Below, piece after piece: positions 37,749 through 47,699 of a stretch of 64,000 nucleotides of DNA. The notes below the pieces were generated by a model. It saw only the letters and a list, made by a program, of their open reading frames with translations. It was not told the origin of the DNA and searched no databases. Position 1 is the stretch's first letter, and each line of letters begins with the position of its first letter. The DNA lies in the NCBI GenBank assembly GCA_038214755.1, contig JBBQRQ010000016.1:1-64000 (forward strand). Direction: 5' to 3'. Source of the DNA: Verrucomicrobiota bacterium (GTDB lineage Bacteria > Verrucomicrobiota > Verrucomicrobiia > Limisphaerales > CANJXF01). The position numbers and the translations under genes were made by a program.

Positions 37749-39188
37749 CTACGCCAAAATTTCTTTCACGACTTTCCCGCTCACATCGGTCAGCCGGAAA
37801 TCCCGCCCGCTGTAGCGATAGGTCAGTTTCTCATGATTGATGCCCATCAGATGCAAAATCGTTGCGTGCAAATCGTGGACGTGAACTTTATTTTCGGTCG
37901 CGTGCCAGCCGAATTCATCCGTCGCGCCGTGAACGACTCCACCTTTCACGCCGCCGCCCGCCAGCCACATCGTAAAACCGAATGGATGATGCTCGCGTCC
38001 GTCCGTCCCTTCCGCCGTCGGAGTGCGCCCGAATTCTCCGCCCCAAACCACCAGCGTGTCTTCCAACATTCCTCGCGCTTTTAAATCCTTCAGCAAACCG
38101 GCAATTGGCTTGTCCACCGCCGCGCAATTGTTCGGCAATTCTTTTTTCAAATCACCGTGTTGATCCCAAAGCTGGCAACTTTTTCGTTTCTCCGTTTGCG
38201 TGTGATAAACCTGCACCATGCGCACGCCGCGCTCGGATAATCGCCGAGCCATCAAACATTGCTTGCCAAAAATTTCCGTGGTCGCATCGCCGATGCCGTA
38301 AAGTTTTTTCGTTTCGTCAGATTCATTTTCGATATCAAAAGCTTCCGGCGCTTTGGCCTGCATCCGAAACGCGAGTTCAAACGATTCAATGCGCGCGCTG
38401 AGACGACTGTCCTCATCGCGCTCTTTTTGGTGAAGCATGTTGAGTTGCTTTAGAACGTCGAGTTGATCGCGCTGTTGCTTCGAGGAAAAAAGTGGATTGC
38501 GCAAATTATCAATCGGATTTTTCAAATCGGAAACGAGCGTGCCTTGATGCGAAGCGGGTAGAAAACTCGAACCCCACAATGGCGCGCCTTGCGCCGGTTG
38601 CGCCGGGCTGATGACGACAAATCCCGGAAGATTTTGATTCTCACTTCCCAAACCGTAAAGCAACCACGAGCCAAGACTCGGCCGCGAAAACGCCTGCTCA
38701 CCCGTGTTCATCTGCAGACAGGCGCCATTGTGATTGATGTTGTCCGCGACCATCGAACGAATCACGCACATCTCATCCACACACGTCGAAATGTGCGGAA
38801 AAAGTTCACTGACCTCAGTTCCGCATTGGCCGTGCTTCTGAAACTTCCACGGCGAGCCGAGAAGATTTCCCGTCTTCGTCCGCTCCAGTTTGGGTTTCTC
38901 GAACGGCAACGGCTTTCCCATGTCCGCGAGCAAACGCGGCTTGGGATCAAACGTATCCACGTGCGAGGGCCCGCCGGACATGAAGAGAAAAATAATGCGC
39001 TTTGCTTTCGCCGGAAACGGTGACGGTTTGACAGAAAGCGGACTTGCCGAATTTTCCGCGGCCAAAACGCTGCTGAGAAAATCTTCCGACAACAGATTCG
39101 CCAGACCCAACAGGCCGAAGCCGCTGGCGAAACGGCGCAACATTTGCCGTCGCGTCATGGGTTGAAAACATTGGCTGGAAAATCTCAT
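37749..39188 (-). CDS. DUF1501 domain protein
   Basis: TRRQML, GGPSHVDTFDPKP, WGGEFGRTP and HVHDLHAT motifs. Confidence 0.93.
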   Translation of the reverse strand: MRFSSQCFQPMTRRQMLRRFASGFGLLGLANLLSEDFLSSVLAAENSASPLSVKPSPFPAKAKRIIFLFMSGGPSHVDTFDPKPRLLADMGKPLPFEKPKLERTKTGNLLGSPWKFQKHGQCGTEVSELFPHISTCVDEMCVIRSMVADNINHNGACLQMNTGEQAFSRPSLGSWLLYGLGSENQNLPGFVVISPAQPAQGAPLWGSSFLPASHQGTLVSDLKNPIDNLRNPLFSSKQQRDQLDVLKQLNMLHQKERDEDSRLSARIESFELAFRMQAKAPEAFDIENESDETKKLYGIGDATTEIFGKQCLMARRLSERGVRMVQVYHTQTEKRKSCQLWDQHGDLKKELPNNCAAVDKPIAGLLKDLKARGMLEDTLVVWGGEFGRTPTAEGTDGREHHPFGFTMWLAGGGVKGGVVHGATDEFGWHATENKVHVHDLHATILHLMGINHEKLTYRYSGRDFRLTDVSGKVVKEILA

Positions 39189-39201
39189 TTGGTAACGGCG
39201 C

Positions 39202-42200
39202 TTAATCTACATAAATAAATTCGTTCGCGCAAAGCAGGACCTGGCAATATTTCTCCCAGGCGAATTCAGCAGGTTCTATTTTGTCATCGGATTCAGCAGG
39301 CGATTTCGCGATCACTCTTTCGCCGATTTCGATTTCCTGCGCTGAAGGCAAACGGCCGTAGAGATTCTCGTAAAGCCACGAAATCTTTTCGCGATTAGTT
39401 TTCGTTTCGCTTTTCAACCGTTCAACCAGTGCTTTGGTTTGCGCGAGAACGAACGGATGGTTGAGCAGAAACAACGCTTGCGGCGACACGGTGGAATCAG
39501 TGCGCTTTTCCACAATCGCGTTTGGATCAGCCGCATCGAAAAGAAATTGATACGTCGCTCGGTCGGAACGAATCGTCGTCACGTAAAGCGTGCGGCGGTT
39601 CGTGCTGAAATCGCGCACCGACGGTCCGCCCAAAGTCAAATCCAGCTTCCCCGCAATGCTCAATAAACTGTCGCGCAAAGCTTCTGACTCCAAACGATGC
39701 CGATTCATCCGGCCAAATAATCTGTTGTCCGGATCAACGAGTGACGCAGGCTTCCAGCCTGCGTTTTCACGGGCATCTTGCCCTCGTGCAGAAGTTGGCC
39801 GCGAAGCTGGAAGCTTCGCGGCTGGCAGGCTGGAAACCTGCCCCACTACCGAACTCTGCTGATACGTCGCAGACAACATCATCGCCCGGTGCATTGCTTT
39901 GATCGACCAGCCGGACTTCACAAATTCATTCGCCAGAAAATCCAACAACTCCGGATGCGTCGGCGGCTCACCAAGTTTTCCGTAATTGTTCGGCGTCCGC
40001 ACAATTCCTTCGCCGAAATGATGCTGCCAGAGTCGATTTACCATCACGCGCGCGGTCAACGGATTTTCTGCGCTGGCGATCCAATTCGCCAACTGCAAAC
40101 GCCCACTCCCGTCGGAAATCGCCGGCTGATTTTCGCCGGCGAGAATTCGCGGAAATTTTCTTGGCGCGCTTTCTCCAAGTCGGTCGTAACGACCGCGCAC
40201 CTGAATGTTCACATCGTGAATTCCAGCCATCGAACTTTCTGGAACACCGCCCTCCTGCAAACCATGAGCGAACAAAATTGGCGGCGGCGAATTGCTTTTC
40301 AATTCGGCCAATTCAGTTCTCAATTTTCCGAGAGCGCTTTTGGTTTCTGACGAAAAAAGTTTTTCGTCTGTGCGAATCGGCGACCAAAACGCGCCGCGCG
40401 CCGTCATCAAATCCTCCTGCAAACTTGGAGTCGTCTTCGCTCTCAGATTTTCCTGAAGTTCCCCGGCAACTTTCGCCAGTTCATTTGAGTTTTTGGATTT
40501 TTGGCCCAACAAGGAAACAATTTTTGCGAGAGGAGAATTCGTCTCGCCAAAACTTTTTGGCGCGTTGGCGAGATCGATGAAATGCCAGACGGCAGCGTTG
40601 CCAAAAGTATCGGGGCGCGGATTTTGTTTCAGAAAATCCGTGGCGACTTCGTTCGTGAGATTCCAGACGCGTTTCGCTCCGTCCAGTTCCACGATTTGCA
40701 AATCGAGCAGCGTGGTGTCGCACACATGATCGCCTTTCGGCAAAATGGTGAGTTGAATCATTTCGCCCCGCGCCACTTCGAGCGACTTCAAATTTTCCTG
40801 CTCATCCAGAGTTTGCGAGCTGGCGTTAGCAATCGCGCCGCTGGCAATTTGTTTCGCGCCGCGCATCACGTTCCATTCGATGCCATCGCCGCACGCCGCG
40901 TCCGCGTCCACCACGCGCGCGTGAATTTGAACCTTTCCCGCAATCGGACTTTTCCAACCGACCGCCACACCCGTTTTCGGCGCGGGATGGAGCGCGAAAT
41001 GATGCGGCGGAATTTTGGCGAATTCTTTCTCGCTCGAATTGTAGAGGATGGCGGGCGTATCCTCCGCTTTGGAATTTTTCCAGGCGAGCAAACCGATGTT
41101 GCCCGACAAATCTTTCAGTGGGTTTGGAAAGAGACCGAGATACCCGTCGTCAAGAAATTCTGTCCAGCGTCGGAGAACGGTCTCGTGCAAATTTTGCTGG
41201 GTAGCAGCCGACGTGAGGAGGCGGTGATCGTCAGAACTCGAATCCGCCTCGTCACCTCGGCGGCTACGATCTAAAATTTCCCACGCCGCAAAAATGTAAT
41301 CTGGAATTTGCGGAATCAAATTTGTCGCCAGCAATTCGACGGCTTCAACCGAAGTTTTCTCAATCTGTTTTTCCAATTCCACCAGGCGCGCCTCGCGTTT
41401 TTTGCGATGCTCCGTTTCTGTTTTGGAAAGGAGCGGAATGCGCATGAGAGTTTCTCCCGCGCCTTTCGGCATCAATTTGGAAAGGATGTGGCTGCTGGAG
41501 AAAATTCCGGCGAGCGAATAATAATCTGCCGTCGGGATCGGATCGAACTTGTGGTCGTGACAACGCGCGCACGCCAGCGTCAGTCCGAGAAACGCGCGAC
41601 CCGTCACGTCAATCTGGTCATCGACGATGTCCGTTAAAATTTTTTCTTTGTCCGCGTCGCCGTTGCCCCAATTGCCGATGGCGTAAACTCCCGTCGCAAT
41701 GAGCGCGTTGGTGTCGAATTCGCCGCCGGATTTTTCCGCGAGCAAATCCCCGGCGATTTGTTGCTGAATAAATTTATCGTAAGGCAGATCCCGATTGAAC
41801 GCGTCCACCACCCAGTCGCGATAACGCCACGCATCGAGGCTATCGCTTTCCTGGCCGAGCACGCGTGAATCGAGCGAATCGGTGTAGCGCACGACATCGA
41901 GCCAATGCCGCGCCCAGCGCGCGCCGTATTGCGGTGACGCCAGCAAACGCTCGACGACATGGGTGAATGCGTTGGTCGAAGGGTCATTGAGAAAATCAGA
42001 AATTTCTTTTGGCGTCGGAGGCAAGCCAATCAAATCAAATGTGGCGCGGCGAATTAGAGTCCGTTTATCAGCGGGCGGCGCGGGAGAAATATTTTTCTGC
42101 TCGAGCTTCGCCAAAATAAAATTGTCGATGGGGGATTGCGCCCATTTTTTATTTTTAACTTTTGGAACTTTCGCAACTTTTGGTTTTTGAAAAGCCCAAT

Positions 42201-42648
42201 TCGTTCGCGCCGTCGCGAAATCGTAAGGCGATTTTTGATTTTGAACTTTGGCCTTTGAACTTTGAACCAACTCCACTCTCGGATCGGGCGCGCCCATTTT
42301 CACCCACGCTTCGAGATCGGCAATTTGCGCAGCGGAAAGTTTTCCGCCGGCTTTTTCCGGTGGCATCTGCAAATCCTTGTCCGTGTAGCGAACCGCTTTG
42401 ATGAGCAGACTTTTTTCAACATCGCCGGGAATAATCGCTGCGCCGGATTCACCGCCCTTGAGCATTCCCGCCTCGCTGTCGAGGAATAATTCGCCCTTAA
42501 GTTTTTCCGCAGCGGTGCTGTGACATTTGTAGCAATGCTCGACGAGAACCGGGCGAATCTTTTTTTCAAAAAACTCAAAATCGTCGGCCCTGATTTCGCG
42601 GCAAATCAGCGACAGAAAAATCAACAGTCCTGCAAAAAAAGCACGCAT
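39202..42648 (-). CDS. PSD1 and planctomycete cytochrome c domain protein (PSCyt1 + DUF1549 + DUF1553)
   Basis: FFEKKIRP...CYKCH, CARCHDHKFDP, VNRLWQHHFG and NEFIYVD motifs; ATG 42648; contains two in-frame REP insertions. Confidence 0.92.
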   Translation of the reverse strand: MRAFFAGLLIFLSLICREIRADDFEFFEKKIRPVLVEHCYKCHSTAAEKLKGELFLDSEAGMLKGGESGAAIIPGDVEKSLLIKAVRYTDKDLQMPPEKAGGKLSAAQIADLEAWVKMGAPDPRVELVQSSKAKVQNQKSPYDFATARTNWAFQKPKVAKVPKVKNKKWAQSPIDNFILAKLEQKNISPAPPADKRTLIRRATFDLIGLPPTPKEISDFLNDPSTNAFTHVVERLLASPQYGARWARHWLDVVRYTDSLDSRVLGQESDSLDAWRYRDWVVDAFNRDLPYDKFIQQQIAGDLLAEKSGGEFDTNALIATGVYAIGNWGNGDADKEKILTDIVDDQIDVTGRAFLGLTLACARCHDHKFDPIPTADYYSLAGIFSSSHILSKLMPKGAGETLMRIPLLSKTETEHRKKREARLVELEKQIEKTSVEAVELLATNLIPQIPDYIFAAWEILDRSRRGDEADSSSDDHRLLTSAATQQNLHETVLRRWTEFLDDGYLGLFPNPLKDLSGNIGLLAWKNSKAEDTPAILYNSSEKEFAKIPPHHFALHPAPKTGVAVGWKSPIAGKVQIHARVVDADAACGDGIEWNVMRGAKQIASGAIANASSQTLDEQENLKSLEVARGEMIQLTILPKGDHVCDTTLLDLQIVELDGAKRVWNLTNEVATDFLKQNPRPDTFGNAAVWHFIDLANAPKSFGETNSPLAKIVSLLGQKSKNSNELAKVAGELQENLRAKTTPSLQEDLMTARGAFWSPIRTDEKLFSSETKSALGKLRTELAELKSNSPPPILFAHGLQEGGVPESSMAGIHDVNIQVRGRYDRLGESAPRKFPRILAGENQPAISDGSGRLQLANWIASAENPLTARVMVNRLWQHHFGEGIVRTPNNYGKLGEPPTHPELLDFLANEFVKSGWSIKAMHRAMMLSATYQQSSVVGQVSSLPAAKLPASRPTSARGQDARENAGWKPASLVDPDNRLFGRMNRHRLESEALRDSLLSIAGKLDLTLGGPSVRDFSTNRRTLYVTTIRSDRATYQFLFDAADPNAIVEKRTDSTVSPQALFLLNHPFVLAQTKALVERLKSETKTNREKISWLYENLYGRLPSAQEIEIGERVIAKSPAESDDKIEPAEFAWEKYCQVLLCANEFIYVD

Positions 42649-42728
42649 TATTTTTTCAAGATGGACAATGCGAAATATAGGGGGTGCCCCATGGAAGTTA
42701 AATTCCAATTTGCGTGGAGGTCGAATGA

Positions 42729-43124
42729 TTACCAACGCAGCACTTCCAATCCCGCCACATAATCAAAATGGGAATCGCGAGCAGCCAAGGATAAGTGATG
42801 TTCCCGGGCAATGGCAGAAATCCAAATATCATTTTCGGGAATAGGTGTGCCGGCTTTTGCCAGGGCCGCTCGAATTTGGCCGTAGTGCTCGGCGGTAGTT
42901 TGATTTGGATTAAGAACGATGACGGCGGTTAGAAAATCTTTGATTTTTGCGAGACTCCCCGCCGGGTTCGTGGACAGATATGCGCCGCAATAAAGTTCGC
43001 CTAATGCCGTTTGCGGCAAGTAACGCGTGGAGTATTCTTGCAGCCGCTGGCGAATGGCAGCCTCGCCTCGGAAGTAACGAACGATGACTGAAGTATCCAG
43101 CAGAATGTCACCACTGGCTGGCAT
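42729..43124 (-). CDS. vapC: VapC family PIN toxin
   Basis: LLDTSV, GELYCGA, PIPENDIWI and RDSHF motifs. Confidence 0.92.
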   Translation of the reverse strand: MPASGDILLDTSVIVRYFRGEAAIRQRLQEYSTRYLPQTALGELYCGAYLSTNPAGSLAKIKDFLTAVIVLNPNQTTAEHYGQIRAALAKAGTPIPENDIWISAIAREHHLSLAARDSHFDYVAGLEVLRW

Positions 43125-43326
43125 CAATTCTTTCGCAGTTGGACTGAATGGCGTTTTCCATGACGTCGGCCTCGTCGTCAGTTAAGCAGCCATAAGCACG
43201 ATCCAACGCTTGCTGCCGCTCGGCTGGCGTTGGTTCTTTGAGGTGATGAATATAATCCGCGGCTTCGCGCAATTTTTTTGGAGGAAGTGTTTTGAGTTCT
43301 TCCACGATGACTTCGAGCGCACTCAT
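43108..43326 (-). CDS. Putative antitoxin
   Basis: 72-aa ORF overlapping the vapC start (LP...EAADYI). Confidence 0.75.
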   Translation of the reverse strand: MSALEVIVEELKTLPPKKLREAADYIHHLKEPTPAERQQALDRAYGCLTDDEADVMENAIQSNCERIDASQW

Positions 43327-43392
43327 GGTGAGAAGATAAAGAGCACGCCGCGCCCTGGCAAGTGTTGTCCGGGAAATGTGATCTGAGAAATC

Positions 43393-45036
43393 TTATTTTT
43401 TCAGCCGAAAAAACTTATTTCCGCTGGAGGCGTTCACGGTGACGGTGTTATTGGTTCCTGTAACCACCACGGGCATGGTCACGTCGGTCCAAACATTTGT
43501 CGCCAAAAAAGCAGGGAGTTCTTGCAGCACAAATCCCGTGAAATTCGTCGGCCAGGAAACGACGACATTTGGCGTGTTCAACGTGATCGCGAGCGCAGGT
43601 TGCGCCGCCACGGCGAGGACAGTGATGATGCCCGTGCCGGCGAAGTATTCGTTGTTCTGCACCGCCGCAGTGCTCAAGGTGCTGCCGTAGGTTCCGGATG
43701 CTTGCGTGACTCCTCCGAGTCTTAACGCGCCAACAGTTTCATTGATCCCCGCGCCGAGTTCCACGTAGCCTTGATCTGCTACTCCCGCTGTTCCGCCGCC
43801 GGCTAGCGTCAATGTCGCCGTGTCGGCGATGGCGTTGATTACACCTGCTTGGATGGTCAGTTTCGCAATCGCACTTGGCGCCGCCGCGTTGTCCACTGTC
43901 ACGTTGCCAGAGCCGAGCGTTGCCGCTGCGCCGCTCACGGAAATAATTCCGCCGTTAACCAATGTTCCACCCGCGTAGCTGTTGCTGGCCACGAGAATAA
44001 GCGATCCCTGATCCACATTGCTGGTCGGAGCCGTCAGGGTCAGGCGACCCGGACCGCTGATCGATTGTGAGAATGTGAGCGAGCCAACCGGTGCGGGAGT
44101 GCCCCCAGTGCCCGCCGTGGCTTGAACATGAATTAATGTGTCCGATTGGAGAACGACCACATTGCTAATCGTCGCGATAAGGCCGGAGTCATTTCGGATT
44201 GCGCCGGGAAAAGCAGCAAAGGGTCCGGTCACGGCTCCGGTGCCGTTGAGGTTTAACGGGCCGCTGCCGAAAGTATAATTGCCATTGGCGCTGATCAAGG
44301 TGAGTTGCGCGCCGGAATTAATTGTGAAACTGGAAGTCCCCGAAGGTTGCGCGGCCGACGAAATGCGCGTCCTTCCCCCATTTAAGACGGTTGCTCCGGA
44401 ATAGGTTTTTGCGCCGGTCCCAAACGTGGCCAGACCATCGCCTTGTTTAGTGATTCCGCCGGGGCCGGAGGTGGACGCGGTGAGGTTCAGTGCGCCCGAG
44501 GCGGAAGTCGCCGTAATGTTACTGACAGTGGCCACCAGAGAATCGGTGAGCGTCGTTGGCGCTGAGATGGCGTAATTCCCTGTGCCGACCGCAGCGGGAA
44601 TGGAGATCGTTGCTGGTCCAACGCCCGTTTCATCAAAGATGAGAGAGCCACCTGTTCCAGCGGTTAGAGAAGTCGTAAATGCATTAGCGGCGTCGTTGTT
44701 AAACAGGATTGATCCCACCGTTTGCGCGGCATCGGCGGTCACGCTGCGGTTGGCATTTTGGGCGGGGTTGGAAGCGCTCGCTGCGTTGTTGAAAATCGGG
44801 CTGGCGCCAATGGCATTGGGCACACTCGCGGGATTCCAATTTGTCGCCGTGATCCAACTGGCGCCCGCTGGCTGATTCCAAGTCTCGGCGCGTGTCGAAG
44901 TAGCATTGCATAAAAAGAATGCGGCCGCGCCGGACAATAGAAATAGCCAGATTCGGAAAGGTGCGTGTCGAAAAGAAAACCGCGCAGTTGCCACAGGAGC
45001 GGGAAACGAAATGTGAGTGAAGGCTTTATTTTTCAT
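43393..45036 (-). CDS. Exported protein with autotransporter-associated beta-strand (PATR) repeats and FxRL C-terminal domain, no beta-barrel
   Basis: TKQGDG...TYSGATVLNGG and NSYAGGTLVNGG repeats; ends SWPTNFTGFVLQ...W...FFRLKK; ATG 45036. Confidence 0.8.
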   Translation of the reverse strand: MKNKAFTHISFPAPVATARFSFRHAPFRIWLFLLSGAAAFFLCNATSTRAETWNQPAGASWITATNWNPASVPNAIGASPIFNNAASASNPAQNANRSVTADAAQTVGSILFNNDAANAFTTSLTAGTGGSLIFDETGVGPATISIPAAVGTGNYAISAPTTLTDSLVATVSNITATSASGALNLTASTSGPGGITKQGDGLATFGTGAKTYSGATVLNGGRTRISSAAQPSGTSSFTINSGAQLTLISANGNYTFGSGPLNLNGTGAVTGPFAAFPGAIRNDSGLIATISNVVVLQSDTLIHVQATAGTGGTPAPVGSLTFSQSISGPGRLTLTAPTSNVDQGSLILVASNSYAGGTLVNGGIISVSGAAATLGSGNVTVDNAAAPSAIAKLTIQAGVINAIADTATLTLAGGGTAGVADQGYVELGAGINETVGALRLGGVTQASGTYGSTLSTAAVQNNEYFAGTGIITVLAVAAQPALAITLNTPNVVVSWPTNFTGFVLQELPAFLATNVWTDVTMPVVVTGTNNTVTVNASSGNKFFRLKK

Positions 45037-45198
45037 ACGATTTGTGGGCAGCGAGAAACTATGGCGAAAAAAATGGAGACACCAATAATAAAATGTTGAG
45101 GTCGTTTTCAAAGCGCCCAACGGGACCTCCACCGCCGTGTTTGTCCGTTCCGACGCGCCTCACCTAAACTCGCAGAGCAAGGGTATTCTTCCTCGAAC

Positions 45199-45261
45199 GG
45201 AACGCCGATCTTCTGATCGGCATGCTCATGTTCTACGAGCCGATCGGGAGATCGGCGTTCC
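45199..45261. repeat. REP doublet
   Basis: GGAACGCCGATCTTCTGATCGGC...GCCGATCGGGAGATCGGCGTTCC. Confidence 0.7.
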
Positions 45262-45313
45262 GGTTTCAGTCGGTGAAATAACTTTGCCGTCGAACGGCGC
45301 AAACTCCTTGTTT

Positions 45314-46054
45314 TTATCTGACCGACAAAATTTCTCCGCGCAGCCGGCCCACAAATTCATTGGGCATTCGTGAATCAATTGAGTCGGTCAATGGTTTTTC
45401 CAACTCAACATGGCCGTCGCAAAAAACCACGTTAGCTTTTTTTTGATGACGGAAATGCGCGGTTTTTTCCGCGACGCTGTTAGTTACATAATAAAATTCT
45501 TCGAGCATCGGATTGGAGGGCGAGGCGGGCGCTTGAAACGTGTTCACTTGCGCGGCATCGGCGAGCAAAGCGATTCGAGTGGGGCGAGCCAGTTTGGAAA
45601 CGTTGATTGGTGGATGATTCGTCGGCGAGGAGAGATGCAAGTTGTAACCGTAGCCGTAAGCCGCGCCTTTGGCTTTCAGTTTGAAATTGGCCGCAGCATA
45701 ATTCAGCGAGGGACAAATCTCCACGCCGCGACCTTGTAGATAGGGAAAGAGCGCGCCTTGGGTCGGATCGAATTCGCGTGACCCTTCCGCGCCGCGCTCC
45801 ATCCAACCAAACCAAAAAATGTCGCCGCCATTCGTCAAGGCGCCGCGATAGCGAAATGCATTTCCCGCGTTATCGTCCCAATACATTTGCGCAGCCATTC
45901 CAAACTGATGCAAATTCCCAACGCATTTGATTCGTTGCGCGGACTTTTTACTGTGGGCGAGCGACGGCAAAAGCAGCGCGGCGAGGATGGCGATGATGGC
46001 GATGACGACCAGCAGTTCTATTAAGGTGAAAGCTTTACCAATATGCTTTTTCAC
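45314..46054 (-). CDS. Prepilin-type N-terminal cleavage/methylation protein with H-X9-DG motif
   Basis: [26 protein letters not shown]. Confidence 0.92.
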   Translation of the reverse strand: MKKHIGKAFTLIELLVVIAIIAILAALLLPSLAHSKKSAQRIKCVGNLHQFGMAAQMYWDDNAGNAFRYRGALTNGGDIFWFGWMERGAEGSREFDPTQGALFPYLQGRGVEICPSLNYAAANFKLKAKGAAYGYGYNLHLSSPTNHPPINVSKLARPTRIALLADAAQVNTFQAPASPSNPMLEEFYYVTNSVAEKTAHFRHQKKANVVFCDGHVELEKPLTDSIDSRMPNEFVGRLRGEILSVR

Positions 46055-46092
46055 AGGGGTTTAATTGAAATGGTTTCTCGCTTCACTAGTCA

Positions 46093-46842
46093 TTAATTTG
46101 AAGGCACGATTGCGTAATCCGTATTTCGCAGATGGTCTGGTGGCGGCTTCAATATCTTTGATGCCACGTGTCCATCCACAAAGGCCAGGTTGCACTCGTA
46201 TTTGATTGGATCGTGCATCTGTAGATAGGCGTAATTCGCCGCGCCGTAGGTATAAAACTCCGTCGTGCTCACCGTAAAATCACCGGCCATCACCAGCAGC
46301 GAAACTTCCTTGAGACTCTCAGGCCGTCGGCTCCAAAGTACCTCCGTCGTCGGATATTCAAAGGCCTTGCTTGTTCCATTCTTATCCAGGATGGCCGCTT
46401 GATAGGCGTAGCTGCTTCCATAGATCTTGTAAAAGCTGCCTGCATAAATAACTGGATCAAGCCCCGAGCCTGCGCGGTAGCCTTTGTCCAAGGGACATTC
46501 GGCGACGAACTCGCCCATGTAGCGCGTCAAGAGCCGTTCGCTGTTGTTGGTTTTGGTAGCGGTATTTTTTCCGCCCCAAAGATAATAGCGGCAGTTCTGA
46601 AACAAGCTGTCCGTGGTAGGTTTGTTACTCTTGTCGTATTGAGGCAGCTTGCCGTTATTGTCCGGAACATAGAGTAGGACCGCCAGAGCGACCTGGTGGA
46701 GGTTTGAGGTGCACTTGATCTTCCTGGCTTTTAACTTCGCTCGGCTCAATGCCGGCAGTAGCAACCCCGCGAGAATGGCGATGATGGAAATGACGACCAG
46801 TAGCTCGATCAATGTAAAAGCTACTCTGGTTCGCGCGGACAT
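46093..46842 (-). CDS. Prepilin-type N-terminal cleavage/methylation protein with H-X9-DG-type motif
   Basis: [23 protein letters not shown] 46842. Confidence 0.9.
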   Translation of the reverse strand: MSARTRVAFTLIELLVVISIIAILAGLLLPALSRAKLKARKIKCTSNLHQVALAVLLYVPDNNGKLPQYDKSNKPTTDSLFQNCRYYLWGGKNTATKTNNSERLLTRYMGEFVAECPLDKGYRAGSGLDPVIYAGSFYKIYGSSYAYQAAILDKNGTSKAFEYPTTEVLWSRRPESLKEVSLLVMAGDFTVSTTEFYTYGAANYAYLQMHDPIKYECNLAFVDGHVASKILKPPPDHLRNTDYAIVPSN

Positions 46843-46846
46843 GGGC

Positions 46847-47647
46847 TTAATCTTCCAGATACCAGAACGAATGGAGGGGATTATTAGCAGAATCCACTGC
46901 CCAAAGTTTTTTGTAGGCCACTCGCTCGACGTGTCCATCCAGCAGCGATACGTTAGCGCCATTGCTATGCGCGGTGGGACGTCCATGACTATAGGGGCCG
47001 TATTGTTGGGCGGTGTCGTTCATTTTATCCAAGTCCCAATCAGCGTTGAATTTCAAATAAGCCGGAGAGTAAACATAAGGAGTGGTCGCTCCTTGTGTGT
47101 CGGTGAACATCAAAGCATCATGGGGCTTTTTGATTTTCGTGCCTCTTAATGCGGGGCGAGTGCCACCTGGCTCAATATTGTAATAAAAGGGAGCAGTGAG
47201 TGGGTTTCCCCACACTCCGAATGGGACGCCAACCCAACAGTTCCATGTGCCGCCCCAAGTCACCCCAGTCTTTTCATAGAGCGGTGGTGCTGCAATACTA
47301 CCGCCTGGGCATTTACGGATCGTCGCTGATTTTATGTTATTGTCTGCGGCATTTATCGCAGTTTCCTTTTTACCAACGTAAGGCGCGAGGTTCTCAAAGA
47401 CCCCGGGCTGATCCGGCACATTAAACTGAGAAGTAAAAAACGGAACCTGATCCTTGTTATCGCCCATATACATGCTCAGAGCATAAGCCCAATTCTTCAT
47501 GTTCGACGCGCATGAAATGGTATGCGCTTTGGCCTTGGCTTTGGCCAGCGCTGGCAACAACAATGCCGCGAGAATCGCGATGATAGCGATGACTACCAAT
47601 AACTCGATCAAGGTAAATCCTTTACCTATTGGATTGATTGGTTTCAT
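46847..47647 (-). CDS. Prepilin-type N-terminal cleavage/methylation protein with H-X9-DG motif
   Basis: [29 protein letters not shown] 47647. Confidence 0.92.
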   Translation of the reverse strand: MKPINPIGKGFTLIELLVVIAIIAILAALLLPALAKAKAKAHTISCASNMKNWAYALSMYMGDNKDQVPFFTSQFNVPDQPGVFENLAPYVGKKETAINAADNNIKSATIRKCPGGSIAAPPLYEKTGVTWGGTWNCWVGVPFGVWGNPLTAPFYYNIEPGGTRPALRGTKIKKPHDALMFTDTQGATTPYVYSPAYLKFNADWDLDKMNDTAQQYGPYSHGRPTAHSNGANVSLLDGHVERVAYKKLWAVDSANNPLHSFWYLED

Positions 47648-47699
47648 TATTCGTTTCTCCACTCTATGACGAGCAATCAAGATCCCTGTAAGCTCTACT

